Shown here: positions 29,583-39,236 of the stretch, in pieces | Layout: every line of letters starts with the position of its first letter | Numbering within the stretch: the stretch's first letter is position 1 | Origin: an uncultured delta proteobacterium | Lineage (GTDB): Bacteria > Desulfobacterota > WTBG01 | Assembly: GCA_963793865.1 (NCBI GenBank) | Contig: CAWCBP010000008.1 | Span: 96,001-160,000 of the forward strand | DNA: 64,000 nt | Reading direction: 5' to 3' | Notes under the pieces: model-generated | What the model saw: the letters and a program-made list of their open reading frames with translations, nothing else | Told to the model about the DNA's origin: nothing | The model's database searches: none | Made by a program: the position numbers and the translations under genes

Positions 29583-32243
29583 ATGAAATATTGTGCGGCG
29601 GTTATTCTGGTGCTGGGAGTTTTCCTGTGTAATCCCTTCACGGGAGCGGTGTGGGCCCAGGAGGGGGTACAGGCGCCTGCGGAAGGGACGGTTCAAAAGG
29701 AAAAACCCGGCAGTACACCCGCGACTACGGCAGATTCCCGGGTCAATGACCCGGGCCGGCTGGCTGAAGCGATAAAGGAAGCGCAAAAAGGGGTGCAGAC
29801 GCCGCAGCAGGCGGCGAAACCGGAAGCGCTCAAAGACGGGGCTGCTCCCAGTGTTCCCGCCGGAAAAAACGAGGCTGAAATTGAAGAGCTCAAGGCCCGC
29901 TTCAAAAAGCTGGTGGATAGTGAAATGAAAAAATTCGGCGCCCTGGAAGAAGCGCTGCCCGGGGAGGGGAAAAAAGCAGCGGGCCAGGTGCAGGAAAAGG
30001 CCGGCGTGACCGCCCGGGAACCCGGAGGCGACGCGGGTAAAGCGGCCGCTACGGTCGAAGGCGCCGCGGGGAAAAAGGAGGGTGGCCCTGCTACAGGAGT
30101 GATGCCCCCCGGGACGCAAAAGGAGGTTCCCGCCGAGGCTGAAGGGGTTCTGCCGGAGGAAACGGTAAAAGGGGAAAAGCAAATCGTTCCGGCCACGGGA
30201 GAAGCAACCGGTTCCCCGGAGGAAACGGTACCCGCCCCGGCCGGGGATGCAGGCGTTACGGCTGAAGATACAGAAGAGGAGGAAGAGCCGCCGGAGGGTA
30301 TGGAAGAGGAAAAGCCTCCGGTGCGGGTGGAGGTGTTACCGCCGCAGCCGGAGAAGCCGGTGGAGGGGAAACAGAAGGTTGCGCTTGACTTTCAGGACGC
30401 GGAGCTGCAGGAGGTGATCACCGCCCTGGCGGAAATCGTGGGCATCAATTACATTGTCGATCCCAAGGTGAAGGGCAAGGTGAATATCCACACCAGCGGT
30501 GAAATCCCCGTGGAGGACGTGCTGCCCATTCTGGAAACCATCTTCGAGATCAATAATGTTGCCGCTGTGAAAATGGGAGGTATCTATAAAGTCATACCCA
30601 TTAAAGACGCGCAGAAACAGTTTCTCTTTCCCAAGGTCGGCGACCAAATTAAAGACGGAACCTCTCCGGACCGGATCATTCTGCAGATTGTCCCCCTGCG
30701 ATACATTTCTTCAACGGAGATGGACAAAATAATAAAGCGTTTTATCGGGAAGGGCGGAGACAGCGTTGATTATGCGGACCGCAACACCCTTATTATCGTT
30801 GACACCTCTGACAACGTGAGAAAGCTTTTGGGCTTGATCGATGCGGTTGACCTGAGCATTTTTGACACCATGCATGTGCAGTTTTACGAGCTCAAGGAAG
30901 CGGAGGCGGTAGACCTTGCAAAAGAGCTCGAAGAGCTCTTCGCCGCCATCGGCATTGACCCGAAAAAGAAGAAGGGCGGGGAGATTGTCAGCTTTATTCC
31001 CATTGAGCGGATGAACATCATCCTGGCGGTGAGCACCACGCCTGATGCCTTTGAAAAAGTCGATGGGTGGGTTAAAAAGCTTGATGGCGTACGGCAGGAT
31101 ATCGACGAGCAGATTTACATCTATTTTGTTGAAAACGCCAAGGCGGTTGATATTGCCGACATCGTAAAGGAATTGTACGGGGAGGAGCGCAGCGCGCGGG
31201 ATAAGAAAACCACCACCAGGAAAACAACCTCCCGGGACAGGGACCAGAAAACCAAGACACCGGCAGCGACCACCAAGAGCGCAACCGCCAAAACCGCCTC
31301 CTTGACCGGCACCAAGGGTGAGATCACCATTGTGGTTGATGAAACCAATAATGCCATTGTCGTGCGTGCCCTTCCCCAGGACTATGCCAAGATTCTTAAG
31401 ACCATAAAGATGCTGGATATCATTCCCCGCCAGGTATTGATCGAGGTGCTGATTGCCGAAGTCGGCCTGGATGAGAACACCGAATTCGGGGTGGAGTGGA
31501 CCGTTTTCGATGATTATGCGTCACTGGGAGGCTACAAAGGCGTCGACCGGCTGGGCCAGAATTTCAACCTGGGGGGGCTCGGTCAGGATCTGACCAAACC
31601 CCTCGGCCAGACCGGCTTCACCTATGCCTTTGCCTCAAACGCGCTGGAGGCTTTTTTGCGCTCGTATTCCCGGGAGAACAAGGTCAACATTCTTTCCACG
31701 CCGCATATTTTAGCGGCTGATAACACCGAGGCCAGCATTGATGTGGGTCAGGAGGTCCCCATTGTAACCAGCGAATACACGCCCACCACGCTGGAATCCG
31801 GCGAAACCTACTCCCGCTCCATCGAGTACCGCGACACCGGAATCCTGCTTACGGTTACCCCCCGCATCAACGATAAGGGTCTGGTGGCAATGGAGGTCAA
31901 CCAGGAGGTAAGCGATATCAGCGAGCAGCGCATTGAGGGCATCAATTCACCCATCATACTCAAGCGCCAGGCGGAAACGTCACTGGTGGTGCAGGACGGC
32001 AGGACCATCGTGATCGGCGGACTCATCAGGGAAAAAACCGACAAGACGAAGGAAGGGCTTCCCATTTTGTCAAAGATTCCGTATCTGGGCATGCTGTTCG
32101 GTTATCAAAAGGACACGAAGAACAAGGTTGAACTCCTTATTCTGATTACCCCGCATGTGATTAAGAGTTTTGAGCAGGCGGAGCTGGTGACCAGGGAGTT
32201 TACCGAGAAGGTTAAGAGTCTGGAAAAACTCCTCAAGCAGTAG
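29583..32243 (+). CDS. gspD: Type II secretion secretin with long low-complexity N-terminal extension
   Basis: Signal peptide; LDFQDAEL...VDPKVKGKVN (N0); LDIIPRQVLIEVLIAEV; DTGILLTVTPRIN; GLPILSKIPYLGMLF; LILITPHV. Confidence 0.95.
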   Translation: MKYCAAVILVLGVFLCNPFTGAVWAQEGVQAPAEGTVQKEKPGSTPATTADSRVNDPGRLAEAIKEAQKGVQTPQQAAKPEALKDGAAPSVPAGKNEAEIEELKARFKKLVDSEMKKFGALEEALPGEGKKAAGQVQEKAGVTAREPGGDAGKAAATVEGAAGKKEGGPATGVMPPGTQKEVPAEAEGVLPEETVKGEKQIVPATGEATGSPEETVPAPAGDAGVTAEDTEEEEEPPEGMEEEKPPVRVEVLPPQPEKPVEGKQKVALDFQDAELQEVITALAEIVGINYIVDPKVKGKVNIHTSGEIPVEDVLPILETIFEINNVAAVKMGGIYKVIPIKDAQKQFLFPKVGDQIKDGTSPDRIILQIVPLRYISSTEMDKIIKRFIGKGGDSVDYADRNTLIIVDTSDNVRKLLGLIDAVDLSIFDTMHVQFYELKEAEAVDLAKELEELFAAIGIDPKKKKGGEIVSFIPIERMNIILAVSTTPDAFEKVDGWVKKLDGVRQDIDEQIYIYFVENAKAVDIADIVKELYGEERSARDKKTTTRKTTSRDRDQKTKTPAATTKSATAKTASLTGTKGEITIVVDETNNAIVVRALPQDYAKILKTIKMLDIIPRQVLIEVLIAEVGLDENTEFGVEWTVFDDYASLGGYKGVDRLGQNFNLGGLGQDLTKPLGQTGFTYAFASNALEAFLRSYSRENKVNILSTPHILAADNTEASIDVGQEVPIVTSEYTPTTLESGETYSRSIEYRDTGILLTVTPRINDKGLVAMEVNQEVSDISEQRIEGINSPIILKRQAETSLVVQDGRTIVIGGLIREKTDKTKEGLPILSKIPYLGMLFGYQKDTKNKVELLILITPHVIKSFEQAELVTREFTEKVKSLEKLLKQ

Positions 32244-32567
32244 CGCCTGCAGCGGATGCGTGCAGCGCTGGCCCGGTTTTATCGGTTGCCATAAAGCATT
32301 TAAATGTTTTGTTAAATAATGCTAAAGAATTCCGGCGCCGGTGCCGATAGATTCGTAGATTCATCATTTATATCATTTGATAGGATGAAACTTATTCTGA
32401 TCATGGGTATGTCATTTTAATCTCTTTCTGCTCAGGCACGTTGCGTGTCATGGGGATACCTGTGATTCACGTGTAAGTTTTTTTATGGGTCAATGCATTT
32501 TGTCGGTTATAAAAAATAAAATCATTGCACTCCATCGCCTGTTAATTTGGAAATTTATAAAAAAAAC

Positions 32568-32596
32568 TTGACATGTCTGCTCCAACTCTGTATAAA
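32568..32596 (+). promoter_or_regulatory. Near-consensus sigma70 promoter of the large surface-protein gene
   Basis: TTGACA-17 bp-TATAAA preceded by an A-tract. Confidence 0.75.
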
Positions 32597-32762
32597 AATT
32601 AATAATTAGTAATAAATAGGTAATGTTTAGCTTTTGCAAATACTATTACCCCTAAAATAAATTTTAAAAGGAGGTGATGAAGAAATTAGAATATAACGAG
32701 GGTTGTTACTTATTGATTTTATTGCTACCCAATAGTTTAATTATGTTGAAAGGAGAGGAAAG

Positions 32763-35700
32763 ATGAAAAGTAGATTCAAGGTGATAGGTTTGATGTCAGC
32801 AGTGCTGCTTATATTCGCTATGGGCAGTGTGGCATCGGCTGACAACGCAGCTTCAATCAATATTGCCGTTTCATATCCCTGTGAATCGGCCCAGAACCCC
32901 TGTGACACCGGGGTGGCGGTATCCCGTTCTGAAGGTGGGGATGTTGTGAATGTTTACATCACCCTGGTCGATGCCGCCGGCAACCCGGCAACAGCCGGTC
33001 CCAATGCTGAGCCGCTTGCAGGGCTTACCGCACGGCTGACCAGCCAGCTGGCCGTGACCGATTCGATTGTAGCAAACAGATTTCTGCTGGATAATGCCAA
33101 TGTAGATTTCGCCGGCAAGGCATCTGCCAGGGCCAATATTGACTATACCGGTGCCATGGCCGGTGTAGATCCCCTCAACGCGGACATTACGGGTGCTATC
33201 CCTCTTACGGCAACGGCCAATGTGAATGTCGTCGCCCCGCCTGCAGTAAGCTTAACAACCAGGACCTGTGCGTCAATAGATCTTGATCTTTATGATCCCA
33301 TAGGTGCAGACTGTGCCAATGGCGGGCAAACGGCTGTGGCCGGTGCTTCCATAGCAGTGCAGGTGATCGCTGATGAGGGTAACGGCCTTTTCACTACGGC
33401 CCCCAATCTTGAAGGAAAGCAGATCGTAGTAAAAGCATACGCGGATTACGATGGTAACGAAGCGGCGACTCCTGATACGCCTGAGGAAACACCTGTTGCA
33501 AGCGGGACCTTTACCATGAGCAACGGTATTGCCCAGGGGAATCTGGTTATCAATAGCGCCGGTCCTGCCGGGCTCGACGTGGTTTTTATTGCTGATGCTA
33601 CAGACATCGACGAAGCGGGTACTGACATTGGTACGCTTGACCTGGATTTGGTGAATATGCTTCCCGGTGATCCGGCTGCCATCGTGGTGGTTGGTCAAGA
33701 TGATTACAATGGGAATCTCATCGTTCCGGCTGCGAACAACTGCGTGACGGTCCTCGATGATGCCTGTGCAGACACCCACGGTTATTCAGGTGGCCGTTGT
33801 TGATGCCCTTGGAAACGCGGTAAATGCAACGAAGCAACTGTGACCGGTACGCTTGACGGTATCCTGGCCGAGCAGTTGAGCGGCTGCGACACAATAGATA
33901 TAGCAGCGGCACGTATTCAGGCACCTGCCAGCTTGCGTGATAATAATGCAGATGGTGCCGGCTCAATTGTCATCGGTCCGCTGCCATTTACAGCAACCGG
34001 CCTGACCGGAACTTCGGTTTCCGTGTACCTCCTGCCGGCAAGTGGCTGTGAGACTTGATATGCAGGTGGGTGTTGCAACTGAACCCCCTGTTGCTGCGGG
34101 CGACACGGTGACGCTGACCATCGATTCCATCGGTGACATTTGCTGTTGTTACCGAAGGTGATGACCTGGTCATCTCCGCCGGCGGTTTGCTGCTGAGCTC
34201 AGACGGGTTTGCTTCAGCTACCAGCACCTTGCAAATCAACAACGTTCTTGATGCTGATGCGGAACAGCCGGCATCCAGGTTCCTATACAGATTTATGGCG
34301 CAAGTGCAACTCCTGTTTGCATAACCGTGCAGGACCTGGATAAGTGCAGTGCGGAAGACTACGAGAGACAGCATGTATCGCGAGCATTACGGCGGGTGCC
34401 GCAACCAATCTGGCGGTCGTCGGTGTGGCTGCCGGTGCGGAAACCGATAGCGTTCTGGATGAGACAGGAAGCTATGTGGGAACATCACCCATCGTGATCG
34501 ATTCTTACATCCAGACCAACTCACAAGACAGCTCGCGACCGCCTATCTGGACCACAATCCTGGATGGGGCGGAATGTTGTGATCTGCAGGTATGGGATGC
34601 TTTCACCAACGTGGTCGATGATACGCCTGAGGATATTGTCTGCAGCACCGATTCACCCTATACGACCATCGAGTTGACGGTTGCGATGTGAGAGTTTCCG
34701 TTGCCTGGGGTGGTGCCGGCACAACTGCTATCGTAACCTGCGGTGTGGATATAGACGAAGATCCCGAACTTGATCTGACCAGGACCTTCCAGCTTACCAG
34801 CATCGTAAACGCGATACCTGACGATCCGGAAGAACCCAGCACTGCGGCAACCGCGCTGGCAGTGATAAAAGAAGGTCCGCAGGCTCAGGATGGAACTCAG
34901 ATTAATCCTCTCCCCGGCGGCGAGGCCATTATCAAAATTATCCCCAATGGCGTGCTCGGCGCTTCGGCGAATGTCCAGATTGCCTTTGGTGCCGGGTCAG
35001 TCGCCGGTGCGGAGCTGAGGAATCTGGATGGAACAGTGGTTATCCTTCCGGTAACCATTACCCTGACTCAGGCAATCCCAACCAAGCGGTATGTTGTGTA
35101 CGCCCCTGCGGCTGGTCAGGTAGTGGTTAATGTTACCGAGGTAAGTGCAACAGGCTTGGCTGCCGGTACCGGTACGGTAGTATTCGGCGCGGCATGTGAA
35201 GTGGCTATTACACCCGCCAGCCCGACCGTGGGCCAGGGCGGAACACTGCAGCTGGCAGCAGCGACAACCTGTGAAGGCGCCCCGACCGCGGGAACTTACA
35301 CCTGGGCAGTTATGGAATCAGCCTGCACCAGCTCAGGCACGATTAATGAGACCGGGCTGTATTCAGCTCCCGCAGTAGGCGGATGCACCGAGACAGTGCG
35401 GGTGACCGATACTGCCAACGGCAACGTGACTGCTGATGTTATTATCAACGTGAGCGTGTGCACGGCTGAGGTTCAGATAAGCGGCAATACCAGCTTAACC
35501 GTTGGTGCGAGCCAGACTTACACGGCAGCAACAACCTGCGGCAGTGCTCCGCTGACAGGAACCTATAGTTGGGAACTGAATGGCGCGGCGGTAGGTACGG
35601 GTAATTCCTATACCTTCAATGCCACGGCAGCCGGCACCAATACCCTGGAAGTAACCGATACCACCAATAATGTGACAGATACGGTCACCATAACGGTGGT

Positions 35701-36049
35701 GAGCGGTTGTGGCATCGATGTGGTGCAGGATCGTGTGGTACGCTCCCGCTGGGTACCGCTGCCCGCCTTGATTACCATCGTGGGTGACGATACCGACATC
35801 CAGCTGCTTGGTACCCGGGTTAACTATGAGTCGGCAGAATCAGCACTCTCAGTTATAAAAACACCAGTCAAACTGACATTTCCTGGTGTCCAGACCATAC
35901 AGCAGTTGGTGATCATCATGCCTTCTCTTCTTACCGGTGTGACGGAGACCGAAACAATTACCGTTACGCTTACCGACGGTGGCTGCGAGACGGCATCTGA
36001 CACCTTTGACATCGAGCTGCTCCCGTTTTTCCTGGACCAGCAAAAGTAA
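32763..36049 (+). CDS. Large (~1100 aa) secreted acidic Ala/Thr/Val/Gly-rich Ig-like protein, S-layer-like; broken by several frameshifts in 33790-34690
   Basis: Signal peptide ...GSVASA; ORFs 32763-33803, 33840-34058, 34133-34324, 34344-34691 and 34688-36049 share composition; two C.V.I...AATTC...GTY.W repeats; one promoter and one terminator. Confidence 0.75.
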
Positions 36050-36074
36050 GAAGCAGTTGATTAAAGATTAACCG

Positions 36075-36118
36075 GAGAGCCCGGCGGCTTAAAGCACCGT
36101 CGGGCTCTCTTCTTTTCT
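36075..36118 (+). terminator. Intrinsic terminator
   Basis: GAGAGCCCGGCGG / CCGTCGGGCTCTC stem followed by TTCTTTTCT. Confidence 0.8.
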
Positions 36119-36163
36119 ATATGCTGTGGATCTAATAATTCATAGAATAAGATGGCTTGCTCC

Positions 36164-36191
36164 GTAGGGGCGACCGGCCGGTCGCCCCTGC
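36164..36191. repeat. GTAG-type REP (family 2)
   Basis: GTAGGGGCGACCGGCCGGTCGCCCCT; also 49635-49661 and 51468-51495. Confidence 0.8.
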
Positions 36192-36284
36192 ATCTGGATA
36201 AGAAGCACACAGGGAGGGATGTGCTCCGTCGCGTCCGAATAGTGTATGCGGCCATGACAGAGCATGGCCCGATATCATTCAACA

Positions 36285-36358
36285 GTCATCCTGCGACTTG
36301 ATCGCAGGATCCAATGAAGTTATAGATACTGGATTCTGAGGTCGAGCCGCAGAATGAC
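36285..36358. repeat. RPE-like palindromic element
   Basis: GTCATCCTGCGACTTGATCGCAGGATCCA...TGGATTCTG...CAGAATGAC. Confidence 0.65.
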
Positions 36359-36385
36359 GCGTCTATAAAGTAATGGTGCAGAAAT

Positions 36386-36424
36386 AAAAAAGGCGTCCAT
36401 GGTGCAGTGCTCTTCATGGACGCC
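36386..36424 (-). terminator. Intrinsic terminator of the gspC-like gene
   Basis: GGCGTCCATG/CATGGACGCC stem with T6 on the minus strand. Confidence 0.7.
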
Positions 36425-36452
36425 GCTCATTTATACCTGTGATATGTCAACT

Positions 36453-37262
36453 CTACTCCGGTGCCCCGGGTACCGCCCCTCCCATTTCTTCCATAAACCG
36501 GTCTCTGAACTTTTCAACCCGTTCCTTTATGGCGTACTGATCCATGTTGCCGCCGCCGTCCTTCAGATCATCCATAATTTCCTTGTTAAAATCCAATAAT
36601 TTTTTCATGTTATCCTGGGACATGAACGGTGAATTGGCCAGGGCTTCGGGAATCTGCCCTGCCGCAAGCTGGTCTTCCATCTCCTCTTTTATTTTTTTCT
36701 GCTCCTGCTGCTCCTGCACCCTTTGCTTTAAGGGCTTGGCAGGCTGTCCAGCCGCGGGCTGGGGAGCCTGCGGCGCTGGTGGTCTTGTTTCTTCGATGGG
36801 TGTAAAATCCCCCTTGGCTTTCTCCTTGCCTTCGTGCAGATTGAGCGTAACCTTTTCGCCGTAGTAGTCAAGCACGACTTTTTTTTCTTCTATCGCGGAG
36901 ATGACATACCCGCCGATGTAATCCCCCAGCGAATATATTTCATTTTTTTTACCGGGAGCAGCTTCTGCCGGGTTCTGCTTTCCTGCCGCCTTGCCCGCGT
37001 CCTTGTCACGAATAATGGCGCTCTTTTTATTTCCGACAATTACAGTGCCGAAGAGGGAGAGCTTGCTGGTGTCAATCTTCTTGTCCACCATTTTCCCGCC
37101 CGAGCCTTCCTGAATCCACTCAGTCCTGTCCGGCCTGAAAAGATTTTTTTTCGAGATGACGGCATAAGGATCTGCTGCTCCCCACGACTGCGATGACATC
37201 AGGAATATGGAGACAAGCAATGCCGATGCGTAAGGCGCCACTGTCCTGTTCATAGTGTTCAT
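36453..37262 (-). CDS. GspC-like protein (HR domain, no PDZ, helical C-terminus)
   Basis: KNLFRPDR, LSLFGTVIVGNKKSAII, YSLGDYIGGYVISAIEEKKVVL; next to a gsp operon that lacks gspC. Confidence 0.7.
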   Translation of the reverse strand: MNTMNRTVAPYASALLVSIFLMSSQSWGAADPYAVISKKNLFRPDRTEWIQEGSGGKMVDKKIDTSKLSLFGTVIVGNKKSAIIRDKDAGKAAGKQNPAEAAPGKKNEIYSLGDYIGGYVISAIEEKKVVLDYYGEKVTLNLHEGKEKAKGDFTPIEETRPPAPQAPQPAAGQPAKPLKQRVQEQQEQKKIKEEMEDQLAAGQIPEALANSPFMSQDNMKKLLDFNKEIMDDLKDGGGNMDQYAIKERVEKFRDRFMEEMGGAVPGAPE

Positions 37263-37414
37263 ACCTTGTTGTTTATTTAAGATAGGTCAAATTCTAGCAT
37301 GAATAAAGAGAAAAATCAAATGGCATTCAGTGCTTCCTTCACCCGTGCAGGGTTTTATCTATAAACGTTTGGAGCACTATTTGGTTTGCAATCGCCTCTC
37401 TTCGGTCGCCGGGG

Positions 37415-38845
37415 TCATCCGGGGAAGCACTGTACGTAAACATCGTATCCCTCAACATCCCCGGTTTCAGTGGTAACGGTAATATCAATGAAGCCCTCCG
37501 GAGGATTGCGCTTCAGCATGACGAGCTGCAGTAACAGCCTGGGAAGTGTAATGATCGGGCGCCCGATGGGAACAAGATGTTCTTCCCCAGACGATACCCG
37601 GGTGGAAAATGGCAGAAAACGAGTGTCGTAACCAAAAAGCGCCACCAGGTAAATCATGGGCATGGTTCTGCTGCCTAACAGCTTCGAGGGAAATGCAGCG
37701 AAGATGAGCGGGTCGAGTGTTGATAGTGCGTTGACTTTGCCATAGCCGAACATCTCATCCAGACCCGGTTCTCCCAGATCATCAGCCCTGCCGGTGAGAT
37801 ATGCCGCCACCTGGTTATTGGTTAAATGAGGCTGTTCGGAAAGGAGAAGGGCGGCGACACCGGAAACCATGGCAGCGGAGAGAGAAGTCCCTTTGTTGAA
37901 CGTGTAACCACCGCCTGAAGCGGTGGTCAGGATGAAATCATCAATAGTGCTTCCGCTTCCCCGTGCCACCAGGTCAAGCTCGGGACCGTAAGCGGAATAG
38001 ACGTTCTGGTCATACTGGTCTATGGCGGAGACTGCCAGCACCCTTTCCAGTCGTGCCGGGAACCAGACAGGGCCATATCTGTTTCCTGCTGCCGCCACCA
38101 CGGTAACTTCTTTATCTGCCGCATAGGCGATGGCTTCAGCTACCGCCGTATGGTCCTCTTCATCATTCCATCCCAGGCTTAAATTGATGATGGCAGCCCC
38201 GTTATCAGCCGCGTAAATAATTGCTGCTGCAACGGTTTCATCAGTAAAGTTATCGGTACTCCCCTGGCTTATCTTTACAGGGAGTATTTTACATTCAGGA
38301 GAGACACCGCTGATCCCCAGGCTGTTGTTCTGGACGGCAGCCATGATGCCGCATACCTGTGTGCCATGGCCCAGTTCATCGCCCGGGTCATCGTCATCAT
38401 CTCCGAAATCCCACCCGCCGGGCAGGATATTATCAGCAAGGTCTTCGTGGTCACGGTCAACCCCGGAATCGACTAGCCCGATGATGACACCGGCGCCTAA
38501 TGACTTATCCCAAGCCTCCGGCGCCTTGATTGCGGGAAGGTATAGCTGTTCGCTAAACCTGGGATCATTGGGCTCCGCCAGGAATTCTCCATAATAGTTG
38601 GGCGCAACGGCAACAACATCCGATTCACTTTTAATGCCTGCCATTGCCTGAGTCATGCTTCTGCGTGAATCAATTTTTATTTTAGCCCAGCCTATTTTGG
38701 CCAGCGGACCCTGGAAATGATGAGGATACCTTCCGGCCCGGTATTTAACCAGCAGCTCCCCGGGAACGGGGGAGGCAGCGGGAAAAACAACAGTTGCGGA
38801 AAACAGAAAGATAAGGGTGGTAATAACGGGTATAACTTTTTTCAT
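37415..38845 (-). CDS. Secreted S8 (subtilisin-like) serine protease with C-terminal extension
   Basis: Signal peptide, PGELLVKY prodomain, VDSGVD, GHGTQVCG, AAAGN, GTSLSA. Confidence 0.92.
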   Translation of the reverse strand: MKKVIPVITTLIFLFSATVVFPAASPVPGELLVKYRAGRYPHHFQGPLAKIGWAKIKIDSRRSMTQAMAGIKSESDVVAVAPNYYGEFLAEPNDPRFSEQLYLPAIKAPEAWDKSLGAGVIIGLVDSGVDRDHEDLADNILPGGWDFGDDDDDPGDELGHGTQVCGIMAAVQNNSLGISGVSPECKILPVKISQGSTDNFTDETVAAAIIYAADNGAAIINLSLGWNDEEDHTAVAEAIAYAADKEVTVVAAAGNRYGPVWFPARLERVLAVSAIDQYDQNVYSAYGPELDLVARGSGSTIDDFILTTASGGGYTFNKGTSLSAAMVSGVAALLLSEQPHLTNNQVAAYLTGRADDLGEPGLDEMFGYGKVNALSTLDPLIFAAFPSKLLGSRTMPMIYLVALFGYDTRFLPFSTRVSSGEEHLVPIGRPIITLPRLLLQLVMLKRNPPEGFIDITVTTETGDVEGYDVYVQCFPG

Positions 38846-38950
38846 GCAAGCAGCTCCGGATCACGCTCAAGGCTGTGATTTTTGGACACTATAATGAACA
38901 CAATAACATATTTCAAGGTAATAGTCCTTCATGAGAAGTAAAATAAACGG

Positions 38951-39129
38951 GTCATTGCGAGGCCATAGGCGACGAAGCAATCTACTTCACGGGAAAGTAG
39001 GGCATTATAAAACATGAGATTGCTTCGCTCACGCTCGCAATGACCCTTCTCTTCTCAAGTTTATAAATTAAAACCCCCGCTTACCACGGTGGCTGTCATT
39101 CCGAAGGAAGCGTAAGCGACTGAGGAATC
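38951..39129. repeat. RPE-like palindromic elements
   Basis: GTCATTGCGAGG...GAAGCAATCT / AGATTGCTTCG...CGCAATGAC (38951-39044) and GTCATTCCGAAGG...GAGGAATCT (39095-39129). Confidence 0.7.
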
Positions 39130-39236
39130 TTATCCTCTGCAATGAAACCCCAACTCCAGCTGTTTAAATCAATTGTCAAAGCCGGTGCTTTGTGCTAAAG
39201 GTTGAATGCTTTTTAAGGCTATTGTAAGGAAGGGTC

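Noticed and set aside
19918..32243. Type IV pilus or Tad cluster
   Set aside because: GspG/GspK signatures and a GspD-type N0 domain, with no PilT, indicate T2SS.
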